64,000 nt of DNA from Blasia pusilla. Taxonomy: Eukaryota. Location of the stretch: NCBI GenBank assembly GCA_050084515.1, contig CM114271.1, positions 43,152,001 through 43,216,000 of the forward strand. The letters run 5' to 3'. A program made the translations under genes and the position numbers. Positions 1-12,789 of this stretch are shown here, piece after piece. Positions within the stretch are counted from its first letter, which is position 1. Each line of letters starts with the position of its first letter. The notes below the pieces were generated by a model. It worked only from the letters and a program-made list of their open reading frames with translations, made no database searches and was not told where the DNA came from.

Positions 1-1606
1 TATTTTTTTCTCTTCAGCCCATTCCAGAATTTCATGTGATGTAATCCTTGGCGGTCGTGGTCTAGACTCACTCTCACCATTGAATCGAGGGCCATAAGGT
101 CGCCCTCTCCAAACATGGTCTAGTGGAAGATGTCTTCTATGACTGCCAAATATAGGCTTTCCACATTGTTTGGAGAAATCTGAATCCACATACGGTCCAC
201 ATACGGTACATGCAAGTTTTCCACCATGGCTTTGCCCTGAGATTGTGCCATAGGCTGGATAATCATTTATAGTCCATAAGATCATGGCTCTAAATTTGAA
301 CCCATGTGGTCTTTTCACATCGTGGAATTCAATTCCATTCCACAATTCCCTAAACTCCTCTATCAAGGGGGTCAAGAAGGTGTTGATATTCTCTCCATTC
401 ACACTCTCCTTACCAAGTATGATAAGAGCCAACATGATAAAAAACTTTTTTGTTTGAAGCCAAGGTGGAAAATTGTAGTTAACCAATAGTATTGGCCATG
501 TTGACCATGAGCTTGCCTTATCAAAGTATGGATTAACTCTGTCAAGTGCTAAACCAAACCTACAATTTCTACCCTCTATAGCAAAATCTGGGTACAAACG
601 ATCAATATGATTCCAAGCCTTGCTGTCCCCTGCATCTCTTACCATGCCATCCTTACTTTTGTTCTCAGAAGACCAACTCAATAACTCAGACAAGGCCCTA
701 CATACGCTGGATCCGCGGGATTACAGGGAAGTGTCTCAATACCTTATTTGGTACTAAAGACTTCCCGACTTGCTTGAACCTAGCATTCCCACACTTCGGG
801 AAAATTTCTACACCTTCCAAGTCCCCTCAAAATAGAACACAACCTTTAGGGCAGGCATGGATAGAGTTGTAGCTCATACCAAGTTTACTAATGAGTTTAT
901 TTGCTGCATAGTATGATGGTGGGACAAGATTTTCACATGGGAGTACCATCTTACGTAGGAGTTTCAATATCTCATCAATTACAATATTAGGGACCCCATG
1001 GGTCGTACCAATATTGAAAAGGAGCATAACAAATGCAAGTAAAGAAGTCTTGGCTCCAGGGAAGAGTGGCTTGCATGCTGCGGTAAGCTCATGAAAATCT
1101 GATGGAATATTTGGATCACTGGTTTCATTGAGGTTCCTGTTCTCTGTCCCACTTTCATCAACAACCATATCCTCATCATGGAGATGATCATATTCTCTAA
1201 AAATATCATTCAACATCTGGGGAACATCAATATCAACATCCAAATCAGGATTCTCTGGATGCGAGATTTCAGGTCTAACATAGGATTGCATAATGTGCTC
1301 ATGTTGCTCCTTGTCATTGACCTCTTGTTGTGTGAGCCACTCCTCATCTAAAGAGTCCCACTCCTCCCTAATTTTTGGAACTCGACAAAGATGAGATCGA
1401 CCATTTTTCCTTAGATGGTCTTCTACCTTTGCTAGTCCCAAGGTAGTTCCGCCCTTGCACTCTGTACAAGGGTATCTTTCCCTCTTCCTCCCCAGTTTGC
1501 GAGACTTATCGCACTCCCTTTGCCACAACTTATAGTCGTGTGCTTGGATTCTATGAGGATGTGTCAAATCCAACCAGACGTGAGCAGTCCTTTGTGGTAT
1601 CATCAC
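1..1606 (-). pseudogene. CACTA TnpD-type transposase (transposase-associated Zn region plus Transposase_21-like domain), disrupted, truncated by window edge
   Basis: ORF 827-1606 has CTECK..VEDHL and 'KLGMSYNSIHACPKGCVLF'. Downstream frames give 'LRHFP', 'AWNHID', 'FGLALD', 'WTINDYPAYG' with stops and frameshifts. Homologous to 58573-60286. Confidence 0.92.
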
Positions 1607-3621
1607 CCCTACGTCAAGTTAATAAGAATAGAGGTAAATGAATAAAGGAAATTATGGCATCCCATTGTTCCTAACATTATAAACATGGAAGTGAAAATGT
1701 TTCAGTATGGTGGATATCTATTGGAGCATAATATGTTGATTTCAATATAAATGAAGGGAGAATCCGTAATTATCTATGTACCTTGAGTATATCAAGTATA
1801 CCCCTCCAGGAAATATAAACCTCTCGTTGATATCCTTCTGTGATAGTGATAATTTGATCCTCTACAATCCGCAAATGAACTTTGACACACACCTTCACAA
1901 CATGACACATGCAGATGTCTTAAGTATATGCGTAGAGATTGTATCACGTGAATGATCAGATATAAATACGTCAATACAGTTTGAATACTATAAGGTGGTA
2001 TAAGATTTATTTTTCCCTAAGTCTATGTGCACTTCAAGTGATGATTTATCTATGATTTCAGAATTTCATACCATTTCCATGTCAAATGCCTTATATATTT
2101 CTTCATTTAAACATTGTAGCTTTAAGTTTTTTTGGGCAAATTATGCATTAAAAGAAAACCACAGAGTCAGAGGATTAGCCCTCATCGCTACATAACAAAA
2201 CCTGGTTCAATTTTTAGCCACATCACAACTCCACAAACACTTTGCTGCCCTGATTTTTTTGTCATCCAGAATACTGCATTTTGTGGTAAATTTTGCGTAA
2301 TATTGCATTCTATGTTGATGGTATGGTAAGATATAGAAAATCAAACCACTTGGCCTATCCATTCATGCAAAAATTGAAATCATCCGCATTTACATCAACT
2401 GGATAATGGCTTTCTATCCGATGTTGCTGGTCATTATAAACCAGTTTAAATCAAAAGTCAGTGTTCCAAAATAAGCTTTGAGCTCCACTTTCTCTACTAG
2501 CTCCCTCTTACTTCATCTCAAAATCTGGTATATATATCCAAAATTCCAATCTGTAGTCATTGGTGAAAATAGTTTCTCTATCACTTGTAATACATGAGTT
2601 CCTTAAAACCATCCTTTTCTGCCTTTTTAACAAAATGAAGTCAATCTCACTAAAAAATTTATAGAGTTTGAAAGTTCCAAACCTACCAAGCTGCTTTCCT
2701 AGAACGCCACCAAATAGGGCCACAACAAAAATGAGCACAACATGGGCAAAGACGACCACTCAGGTTCTCCCTACGATAACTAGTTGCGCTGCATATTCTC
2801 TCACCAGGAAGTCTCTCCATTCTCACAGAAGAGTACTCAAATCTGATTATACATGGTTTCCCAGAATATGCAATAGCTGCATGGATAAGAGCCAACGCTT
2901 TCCTAAATATGGGTGAAGAGTCCTCACTGACGACCATGCCATCAGAATCATGACAGATATGAAGGGTCATGATCTCTGCAACACCCATCATCAACCAAAG
3001 AAGGATGCAGTATCGATCCTCTTGCCTAGACACGAAATCAGAGACCGTCACATATACATGGCGTGCTTTTGAATGAAAGCGCCAATTCTCAATTCGTTCA
3101 TGTCAGGTCCAATACCAATAGTGACGTGAGTGTAAAGAACAAATCATCACTTGAACTTCAGTAGGTAGAATTTGGATGCGTTGAACCAAGGAAGGTTGTC
3201 TTTGATGTAGTCGTAGGCTGCCATGAAGTTCAATTTGTACATCAAGCGGTGGTTGGTCAACTGGATTCATCCTTCAGGGTAAAGTAGTGGTCCTCTGAAA
3301 AATACCTTGGAAAAGTATCGGGGAGAGTTGCACACAGGGAGAGCTACACACAGGTGATCGGTGGCGCTCACAACAGGAAGCAACAACTAGCTTTGAGTAC
3401 AAGTAGTACTGAATCCTGCATGGCTCGGAATCATAAAGCTTTGTCAAAATTTTCTTGAAGTACGCCATCAAAAGTGGAGCTCAAAACAACACGTAAAGCA
3501 ATAGACTTGGGAGAATAGACCTTAAACCAGAGAAGAGAGCTTGCAAGAAATTTTGAATTACGGGAAGAACCAGCAAAAAGACAATGAACAACCAATCACA
3601 GTAAATGATTCGTGATGGAGC

Positions 3622-4350
3622 CCAAAGAAATGGGATGGCTCTTTTGTAGGCTCTTCTCAACAAACACAGGAGCATCATCAACAGCTATAGCAGCAATAAC
3701 AATTAACACAACATCAACAACACTTACAACGACATTAGCAGCAACAGTTGATGCAACAACAACTACAGCAGGTTGCAAGGCAAAGTATGCAATCTCATAA
3801 ATGGGAGGGCTCTTTTGTTGGCTCTTCTCAACAAACACAAGAAAGATCATCTCTGACTACAAAAACAACAATAATTAACACAACATTAGCAGTACTTACA
3901 ATAGCATTAGTAGTAGCAAAAGGTTATACAACAAAAGCAACATCAATTACAGCAACAGCAGATGGAACAACAACACGACTAACTATAACAACTCCAACAA
4001 CAACTTTTACTTCAGCAGCAGGAACAGTAATTGTTGCAGCAAAAGCAACATCAATTACAATAGCAGATGATGCAACAATAGCAGGAGCAGTTACAGTAGC
4101 ACCAACAACAACTTTTACTTCAGCAACATGAACACAAATTGCTGCAGCAGCAACAAATTATACAACCAAAAGCATTATCAATTACACCAGTAGCGGATGC
4201 AACAGTAACGGCAGATGCAACAACAATAGGAGCAGCTACAACAGTAGAATCAAAAACTTTTATTTCAGCAACAAGATCAGTAGTTGTTGCAGCAGGAGCA
4301 ACAACAACATCAGCAGTAGCAAAAATATCAACAGCAACAGATGCAATTAC
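3622..4350 (+). pseudogene. Decayed poly-glutamine, repeat-built ORF
   Basis: One reading gives 'KKWDGSFVGSSQQTQE' and 'HKWEGSFVGSSQQTQE' plus three units starting AAAGCA(A/T)..TCAATTACA (about 3934, 4042, 4169; QKQHQLQQQ-type). At least 15 TAG/TAA stops sit inside the CAG/CAA runs. Confidence 0.6.
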
Positions 4351-5672
4351 ACAGATTTGATTGACCTCCAAGATCAGCTTGATGCAAGCAAGGTACTGAA
4401 GTGATAAATCTTCCTGCCATTCGTCTATATTTCATTTTCCAGACTGACCTGTAACGTAATGAAAGGATTTGGGGTGCTCACCAAGGAATTCAAAGAAGCA
4501 ATTGGAGATCTTAAATTTTAGCTTGAGACTCTTCTGGCTGAAGGATTTCTATGCCTCGAAATGCGCAGGCCACAATGAAGGAGAGACTGAAACAGAATAA
4601 AGAGTTGAGGGAAGAAGCCGAGAGGATACGTTGGGAGCTGCAGCGAATAACAGACGATAAAGAATAAAGGGCCAGTCAAGTGCAGGCTCTCATCAAGGAG
4701 AACATGCGGTACAAAAAAATGCACCGGGAAGTCTGCTGTTGAGCTTGAATTGATGAGCAGCAAAGCTGTCGCCCTAGAGGTAGTATTCGCTTACATTGTG
4801 AATTCTGTGAGTTAACGTTGGACATGAGATCTGGTAGAAATTGACCTTCATTCTTCAAGTTTTCCTTTGGTCGAGCTTTACTCCAAACCTGGTTGGTCTC
4901 TAACCATGATCGCATGAATGGAACAAGAAAATGATCCATGAGGTTGATTTTCCAGTTGAACTGATGCTTTCTAGGAAGGATACACGTCATAAAGTGAACA
5001 AATGAAGGCCTTGCAACAGCAATTGGACTTTGCGCACCAGAAGTTGAAGGTACGCACATGTCCAGTAGACTTTTACCAGTCAAGCTTCATTTGCACGGAA
5101 GGGTGTAGGTTTCTGAAGATTTGGAAACTTTATCTGGGTCCTTCTTCACCAAGCCCCGTACATTGCAATTTTACCACATGGTAGAGGCAAGAATAGCAGA
5201 GAACGAATGTAACGGGGACGAATAAAAAGGTAAACTGGAAGAAGTTCAAGAGAGACTTCGTGAAGCTGAGATAAAAATTCATGATGGGGAGCTTGTGAGA
5301 AGGAAGCTCCATAACACCATTTTGGTAACCTCTGTTCCACATTGGAGTCTCCTGCTATTTTCTGAATGCCATTTCGTCATGACTATCCATTACATGGTCA
5401 TTGATGAAGACGTCCTATATTGCGACCTCCTGTTTGTTTATAAGTCATGTGTCTGCCACCGATACCGGGTTTGGATCACTGATGAAGAGAAGGGAGTAGG
5501 ATAACTTTGCTGGATTGGAATACGCAGGAGCTCAAGGGCAATGTACGAGTGTTCTGCAGGGTGCGCCCTCTCATGCCTAACGAGGATGAAGGTTCTGTGT
5601 TAGACCCTCCCGTTCAATATCCCACTTCAACAGAGTTCGCAGGCAAGGGTATTGAACTCATTCAAAGTCAAG
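4351..5672 (+). pseudogene. Kinesin-14 (ATK/KatA-type C-terminal motor kinesin) gene fragment: coiled-coil stalk, neck and start of motor domain
   Basis: Spliced exons ~4351-4392 (DLQDQLDASK), 4569-4779 (ATMKERLKQNKELREEAERIRWELQRITDD...GKSAVELELMSSKAVALE; 1 stop, +1 A frameshift), 4975-5049 (EGYTS*SEQMKALQQQLDFAHQKLK), 5178-5324 (...[23 protein letters not shown]; acceptor reads CAC) and 5528-5672 ([17 protein letters not shown]...GKGIELIQSQG). [14 protein letters not shown](I/V)RVFCRVRP is the kinesin-14 neck signature. Confidence 0.9.
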
Positions 5673-5950
5673 GTCAGTGAGTGTGTTGGATCCCTTTGGA
5701 TTCTGTCATTGTCTCGCCTGTGATGAATCCGCACTTCCAGAAGTGGTCGACTCCATGGGAAGCGGTGTTGTTGTATTTTGGAGTTGATGTGGGACAATGA
5801 ACTCATGTGTTGTAGTACGTGGAATTTATATGAAACTATCTATATGTCAGGAGAAAGCATAAAGTTGTCCAAACTGAGGAGAATCATCAAGAATCCAACT
5901 TTCAGCTTGCTGAAGTACCTGGTACCTCTGAAGATGCACGAACTGAAGAA

Positions 5951-6900
5951 GTGGCAGAGACATTGCCAAGGAGATCCGGAAGAACGAGAACACCTATTGA
6001 CAGGTTGGGAGTTCATCATGAGAAACATGCTCACTCCTCAGTGGATGAAGAAGCTTGTCTTACTATGGATGGAGAAGATGAACCGAAAACACTTGCACAC
6101 GCTATGAGTAGACCTGATTGGAGCAAGTGGGAGATTGCCATTGATCAAGAGAAAAGGTCTCTTGCAAAGAATGGCACATGGGAGTGGACTGATCTACCCA
6201 AAGACAGGAGATCCATTGGTTGCAAATCGGTTTTCAAGATCAAGAGAGGAGCTAACAATGAAGTGGTAAAGTACAAAGCTCGTCTTGTAGCAAAGGGTTT
6301 CAATCAGCAAGCTGAAGTTGATTATACATAGACCTTTGCTCCTATAGCACGGTCTGGTTCCATAAGGTTGCTTTTAGCTCTAGCTGCTGAAGAAGATTGG
6401 GAGGTGGAGCAATTAGATGTGGAGATTGCTTTTCTAAATGGAGACCTAAAGGAAACCATCTACATGGATGTTCCAGATGGGTATGGTGGACATAGGGGCA
6501 ATGCATGTTTGTTGAAGAAGGCATTGTATGGTCTTAAATAGGCTCCAAGAGCCTGGTATGAAAAGTTGGACTCTTACCTTAGGGAACAAGGGTTTTGTAG
6601 AGCTCATGCAGATTTGAGTGTTTACTACAAAAATGGTATATTGTTTATTGCAGTGTATGTAGATGACCTCCTGTTGCTAGGCAAAAGTAAGAAAGAAATC
6701 CAGCAAGCAAAGGACAATCTTTGCTCAGTCTTTGCTATGACTATCATAGGCCCAGTGAAGTTCATTCTTGGAACTAAAGTTGAGAGGAACAGAGCAGAAG
6801 GATGGATTAGACTCAGTCAGACTCACTACGTTGATGCGATGCTGACAAGGTATAGAATGGCTGAGGAAAAGCCAATTTCTACTCCACTAGATTTACCCAC
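5951..6900 (+). mobile_element. Ty1/Copia reverse transcriptase fragment, no LTR visible
   Basis: PKTLAHAMSRPDWSKW..KNGTWEW, YKARLVAKGFNQ, QLDVEIAFLNGDL, LYGLK*APRAWY, VYVDDLLL, KPISTPLD. Confidence 0.9.
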
Positions 6901-7243
6901 GATAATCATTCTGTAAAATGAGTGGTCACCGTCGAACAATATATGTGATAGAGACGAGGATTTCAATAGACGAATAGCTCCTATTCATGAAGGAAATCTA
7001 TCGAATGTAATTGAGCAAAAACTCTCAATCCAATGTGGTAAGTAAGAGAAACTAACCCGTAAGCGCATTTGTCATGCCAAAACCCGCAGCCAGGGCTAGA
7101 GCTCAACCCTAGATCCTTGATCTCGGTACTCTGCAATGTAATGTTGCAGTGTGCTCCACATTCAGAACCATATCTCTCTACATTAGCATTCTCTCTCCGG
7201 ATCTGCCTCAACATTCTCTGTCTTCCTCGGGAAATAGCTCTCT

Positions 7244-7590
7244 CTATGCCTCGAGCTAACTTGCGCACTCTCTCCTCCTCGGGCTCACTCGATCATGCTC
7301 TCATGAGTTAGCTCTCCCTCTGATGCTTTAGCTCTCACTCACGCTAGCTAGCTCTCCCGCGTTTGCTCTCTTTGCCTTTGGCTCTACAGATGAGCTTGAT
7401 CTTGCCCTTGTTGTTAGCTTTCTATGCCTCAAGCTAACTTGCGCACTCTCGCATTAGGTCTCTCTCCTCCTCGGGCTCTTGTGCGTTAACTCTCACTCTA
7501 CCTTAGGCTCACTCACACTAGCTATCTCTCCCGCGTTTGCTCTCTTTGCCTTCGACTCTACATATGAGCTCGATCCCGCCCTCGTCATTT
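7244..7590. repeat. Imperfect duplicated blocks (~180 bp spacing) inside CACTA A
   Basis: CTATGCCTC(G/A)AGCTAACTTGCGCACTCTC at ~7244 and ~7422. CTCTCCCGCGTTTGCTCTCTTTGCCTT at ~7352 and ~7526. Confidence 0.75.
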
Positions 7591-7904
7591 GCCGCAAGCT
7601 TATTCTCTTCCTTAGGTATCGTCTTCGTTCGCAAAGCCTTCTTGTGAGTGACACTACTCTTGCCTCCTGTAGCTAAGATCCATCGCTCTTCATAAGATAA
7701 GTGTTTCTAGGACTTTTTCCCAACCCATCTACGAGCGAATTTTTTTTGGTGAATGATGTTTAATTCCATCAAGGTGGGAGTATTTTTGTTCATTTAGTTC
7801 AAAATAAAAGTAAAGCTGAAATCATTATTCTATTGAATTTTTTAATTATTAATAATAAATAATTAATATCACGTGTTAGAGTTTTAAAATAACTCAATTC
7901 TTAG

Positions 7905-8165
7905 CAAGTCATTTTGGGACATAATGGAGCCATATCCCAAAATTCTACAATGACTTAGTCATATTTTTATATGACTAAGATGTTAGTATTTGATGGAAAG
8001 ATATGACTACCATATGACTAAGGGACATTCTAGTCATACGTTTGAGTCATGAAAAACATCAGTCATATTTTATATGACTAAGGGACATTCTAGTCATACG
8101 TTTGAGTCATGAAAAACATCAGTCATTTTAGTTGTAGTCATAAAAGTCATGCTTTTCTTCTAGTG
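7905..8165 (-). repeat. CACTA terminal inverted repeat and subterminal ATGACT/AGTCAT array, including a 60-bp-period tandem duplication (8012-8126)
   Basis: Seen directly. The same motif fills both ends of CACTA B. Confidence 0.9.
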
Positions 8166-11100
8166 TTTGAAGCCCAACTTATAGTTGCGCTTCCCAAAAT
8201 AAATGAATAACGAGATATGGAGTATCGATCAGACACGCTTCATGCCCAATCAGCATCTGTGAATCCCTGTAATTAAAAACTCGGAGAAGGTTCAAATTAA
8301 AGCCCAAATTGAATAGAGAATTCACATATCGCATAATCCTCCTCATAGCATCAAGGTGAGGTTTTCGAGGTGCTTGCATAAACTGGCTCACTAGGCCAAC
8401 AACATAGCACAAATCTGGTCTGGTTATAGTTAGATAGATCAAAATTTCAACCATACGCTTGTACATATTAGAATCTGCAAGGAGCTCTCCTTCATCCACT
8501 CTTAGCTTCACGCTCTGGTCCAACGGTGTAGAGATTGGCTTACAAGCCGTCATACCATATTTTGAAAGCATATGAAGAGCATATTATCGTTATAGTAACC
8601 ACATGCTCTCTCCAACCTTGATAAACTCAATACCAAGGAAGTACTTGAGTTCTCTCAAGTCCTTCGTATCAAATTCTTCTTGTAACTTAAGCTTGACTTG
8701 TTGTATCATTTCTTCAATACTCCCAGTAATCAAGAGATCATCAACATACAACACAATGAGAACTGTATGATCTTGTCCTCTCAAGACATATAACGAGGAG
8801 TCAGAATCACATACCCTAAAACCCAACTCTTATAGGACGTATGTAATCTTGCCATACCAAGCTCTTGGAGCTTGTTTGAGCCCGTATAGAGCTTTCTTCA
8901 ACCTACATACGCGAAATGGAAACTTAGGATGCTCGTATCCAGGTGGTTGAGTCATATATACCTCCTCACATAGATCTCCATTCAAGAAGGCATTCTTGAC
9001 GTCCATGTGATGTAATCTTCACCTCTTACTTACTCCAAGTGCAACCACTGTTCTCGTAGTCGCCATCTTTGCAACAGGGCTAAATATTTCCTCATAATCG
9101 ATACCATATTGTTGTGCATAGCCCTTAGCCACCAATCTCACTTTGTATATGTTAATTGTACCATATTGATTGCGTTTGATTTTGTAAACCCATTTGCAAC
9201 CAATAGCTTCCTTACCGGAAGGTATATCAACCAACTCTCATGTTTGTTGATGTCTTAATGCAAGAAGCTCTTCCTCCATAGCTTCAATCCATTCGGCTTT
9301 ACTCGTAGCTTCTTCAAAACAACTCGGCTCCTGCTCTTGAAGGGTAGTCATCATATATGCATAATGTTTCGCAAAGAAACCTTCCTTTATGAATCTATGA
9401 ACTGGATGTGTAACTCTACTTCATCTACGAAGTTGTTGTTCAGAAGTAGATGCCTCTGACACCTAACTTGAGCTCTGACTAGTGTTAATAGACTGAATAT
9501 GTACTCTTCCCGTCCATGGACTGACAGATTTAATGGATGAATCGAGGACCTCTCCTAATCCTGCACTAGTACTTGGGGAAGTTGAAGACAATGTCTATTG
9601 GTTTATAGTCATATTCTCCCCCTCAATAGACAAGTTTAGAGGTGGAATAGGCTCAAATGGAGCATACCATGACTTTAGCTCATCAAAGACAACATCTCGA
9701 CTAATAATAAGATGCCTAGAGGATGGAATGTAGCACTTATATCCCTTAGTTCCATCAGCTTAGCCAATGAAGATACATCTTTCAGACTTGGGGTCTAATT
9801 TCTGACGTCTCTCAGAAGGAACATGAGCATAACAAATACATCCAAATACTTTCAAGAAGGAAAAATCAGGTTTACTTCCTGTGAAGACTTTGAATGGAGT
9901 TTTATCATGAACTCCTGCTGTTGGAGTTTGGTTGATTAAGAAGACCGCACATGCTACAGCCTCTGCCCAATACATATTAGGCATGTTCTTCTCATTCAAC
10001 ATAGCTCGTGCCGCTTCAGCAATATGTCAATTTTTCCTCTCAGCCACTCCATTTTGTTGTGGAGTGTAGTGGCAAGTCACTTGACGTTGGATGCCATTCT
10101 GACGTAAATAGTCATCAAACTCTGTTGAAAGATACTCTCCTCCTCCATCACAACGTAATTTCAGAATGTGTTGTTTAGTCTGCTTCTCTACCTTAACTCT
10201 AAATGTTTGGAACATTGAGAATACCTCTGACTTGGCTTTCAAAAAGTATACCCATATATACCTAGAGAAGTCATCAATACATAAAAAAAAGTATTGGAAA
10301 CCACTAAGGCTCTATTGTGATGTTGTCCACACATCACTGTGGATCAACTCCAATATCTTGGATGCTCTTCTACCTTGCTTTGGAAAAGGAAATCTAGCTT
10401 GTTTTCCAAATTGGCAAGCTGGACATACCTCTAACATAGTAGGACTCGCTAATTTAGGAAGTCCTATTACTATATTAGATGATGAAAGACTCTGTAATCT
10501 TTGAAGATTCATATGTCCAATTTTTTTATGCCACACATTTAGATCTGTGACTTGTTGGCCGGTTTGACCATACATTGTTGTTTGAATCTCTGGCATAGAA
10601 ACATCTAATTTGAACATTCTACTAGATCTAGTTCCTTTGGCTATCGTAGTCTGATCATCCATTATTTCAATGAAACAACCATGTGCGTTAAACTTCACTT
10701 GATAACCCTGTTCTACTATCTGTCCTACAGAGATCAGATTTCTTGCAATTATAGGAACATAGAGAACATTTCCAAGAGCACAAAGACCATCTGATGCTAT
10801 TGGAACTTTACCGGTATGCGTGATATGATGTTGAGTGTCATCTCCTGTGAGCACAATTGCAGGATCTTTCTCCGGCTCCAAACTACTGAACCATTTTGCT
10901 TGTGAGGTCATGTGATTTGATGCACCAGAGACAATGTACCAATCTGATTTCGAGTCTTTCTTGACCATTGCTCCCATATGATGAGTCATGACCAAAAGAT
11001 GCTCCGTTTGTGAATGTTGTTGTTCTTGGTACTGCTCTTGGTGTTGTTGCTCCACATAGTTTTGTTGCTGTAAGGCTCCTATTCTCATATCTGCCTTCTT

Positions 11101-12789
11101 CTTGAAGTAAAACTTTGCATAGTGACCCTTTATCCCACAGTAATTGCAAGATCCAGGGACCCTCTGCTGTTGACCTTGACCCCAACGGTTTCCACCATCA
11201 CCACCATGTGATTGTGTCTGGTACTGGTTCCGAGTTGATTGAGTGACATTATATTGAGTGTCTCTTCCTCCATATATTGGATATCCACCACGACCACGGA
11301 AGTTTCTGCCACGACCCCTGCCTCTGTTTGATCCATAACCTGCAAATAGCGCACTCTCTTCCAGACTAGACGAGCTACCGCTACCTACTAGGCGCATCTC
11401 TTCACTGATCAACAAAGGAACTAACTCTTGAAAGGTTGGATACTTCTCTCTCATAGAGATAGAGGTCTCAAAGGACTTGTAATCCTTTGGAAGGCCTTGA
11501 AGAGTGAATAAGATCATATCATCATCTTCTACTGTCACTCCAATGCTATTCAACTGATCAACAATATGTCTGATACTCAAAATATAATCATTGATGCTCT
11601 GCGATCCTTTCCTCACTTCGTTCAATTGATGTTTCAATTGAAGCTTTTTGGCCTTTGAAGATGTCTGGAACATCTTTTCCAATGCATCCCAGGTCTCCTT
11701 CGGAATATCAACATCTTGGATGTGACCTATCATTGGCAAACTGATCGTTATTGAAATGTAGTGGATTACTTGCCTTGCGCGTTTGTTCCAAGCGCGAAAA
11801 TTCAAGTGTGTTGAGTCACCTTCTGGCTTGGCCTCATCACCTGTGACAAGCTCCCATAGTTCTTGATCCATGAGAAATTATTTCATCCAAAATTTCCAGA
11901 CATTATAATTCTGCTTGTCTACCTTCTCGCCTATGATTGCCGCTCAGGGATACTCCATGATAAACGATTTCACTCACAAGAAATGTAATTTCAAGCTTTC
12001 TACTGCTCCAATTGAAGCATAGACCACTCTTACATAGAAATCGACCTGAAATTTGCCAAAATTGATCAATTGTATGAAAGAACTAGTAGAAATTGGCCCG
12101 CAGAGAGCAAACTGCACAACTTTTCTTCATTAGTTGCACTTTCCAACACTGAAATTGCTATTGCAGGATCTCAGAGTGTCAGAATCAAGCGATTTTGGGT
12201 GTATTGGAAGGCTCTCAATGAGCTCTACAAGAAAATTGGAACAAGTCTTTGATGTCATCAAAGCTGAAGTGGATCCTGATGGCTGAATCGACCGGAAAAG
12301 CCCTAAAAAATGCCTCCAAAGTTTTATCACCATCAAAGCTCCATTTGAAATTTGCACCCATTGAGCTTTGAATAAAATTTCCTTCTCCCGAACTGAAATT
12401 TTGCCTTCTCTTGCCTCTCTTCTCTCTTCAAACACCAAGAATTTCAAGTGATGTTCTCCTCCTGCTCTGATACCATGTGGAAAACTGCTAAACAAGCATA
12501 ATTGGTGGAAAACGGCTCTCACACACAGACACACCATCATGGAGAACGAAATTTTCAATGATAGAAGGAGTGGAGACTAGTCCTCTTCTCAATTATATAG
12601 GGTATGTACAAGCAACCCTAACCCTATCCTTAACCATAGTCGCGAGTTAGCCTAACTGTTATTAACTAACCCTAGTTAAGATAATCGTGCTTAACTGACT
12701 AACCAAGATTAAGCTTCCCTATCTCAAGTGAGTGCCTAATGTAGCAGTTCATGTGTCTCATAAGCTTGACTGTAACTCAATATTCAATA
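8166..12789 (-). mobile_element. Ty1/Copia LTR retrotransposon, 3' part displaced by the CACTA insertion; disrupted gag-pol ~11958 to 8169
   Basis: Gag UBN2-like region with degenerate zinc knuckle (CNYCGIKGHYAK), protease (SGASNHMT), GAG-pre-integrase, integrase (YTPQQNGVAERKN), RT (LYVDDLLI) and start of RNase H, in Copia order. PBS TGGTATCAGAGC at 12475-12464. Confidence 0.95.
12476..12789 (-). repeat. 5' LTR of the Copia element
   Basis: Starts TG on the plus strand directly after the tRNA-iMet PBS. Ends ...TTCAATA (probably CA mutated to TA) exactly where a Gypsy reading frame resumes. Confidence 0.7.

Larger units (their letters stand above)
1..8165 (-). mobile_element. CACTA (En/Spm) DNA transposon A, other end outside window; carries cargo between its terminus and the transposase
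   Basis: Terminus ...GCTTTTCTTCTAGTG at 8151-8165 (reverse complement CACTAGAAGAAAAGC) with dense ATGACT/AGTCAT subterminal repeats. It cuts a Copia RNase H frame exactly at 8166. CACTA transposase on the minus strand at 1-1606. That the terminus and the transposase belong to one element is inferred. Confidence 0.72.

Noticed and set aside
2508-3471. Protein-like minus-strand frame (MAAYDYIKDNLPWFNASKF...)
   Set aside because: Multiple stops, no recognisable family, and it overlaps a plausible plus-strand decayed frame. Cannot be assigned by eye.
3596-4371. Thr/Ala-rich and Val-rich ORFs in the track that look like mucin or antifreeze proteins
   Set aside because: They are alternative frames or the antisense of the CAA/CAG-rich repeat. 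The Gln frame explains the stop pattern better.
7905-8150. Regularly spaced short repeats resembling a CRISPR array
   Set aside because: No unique spacers. They are CACTA subterminal repeats in a eukaryotic context.
12464-12475. tRNA-Met-like sequence (also 40716-40727)
   Set aside because: Only the 12-nt primer binding site of Copia elements, not a tRNA gene.
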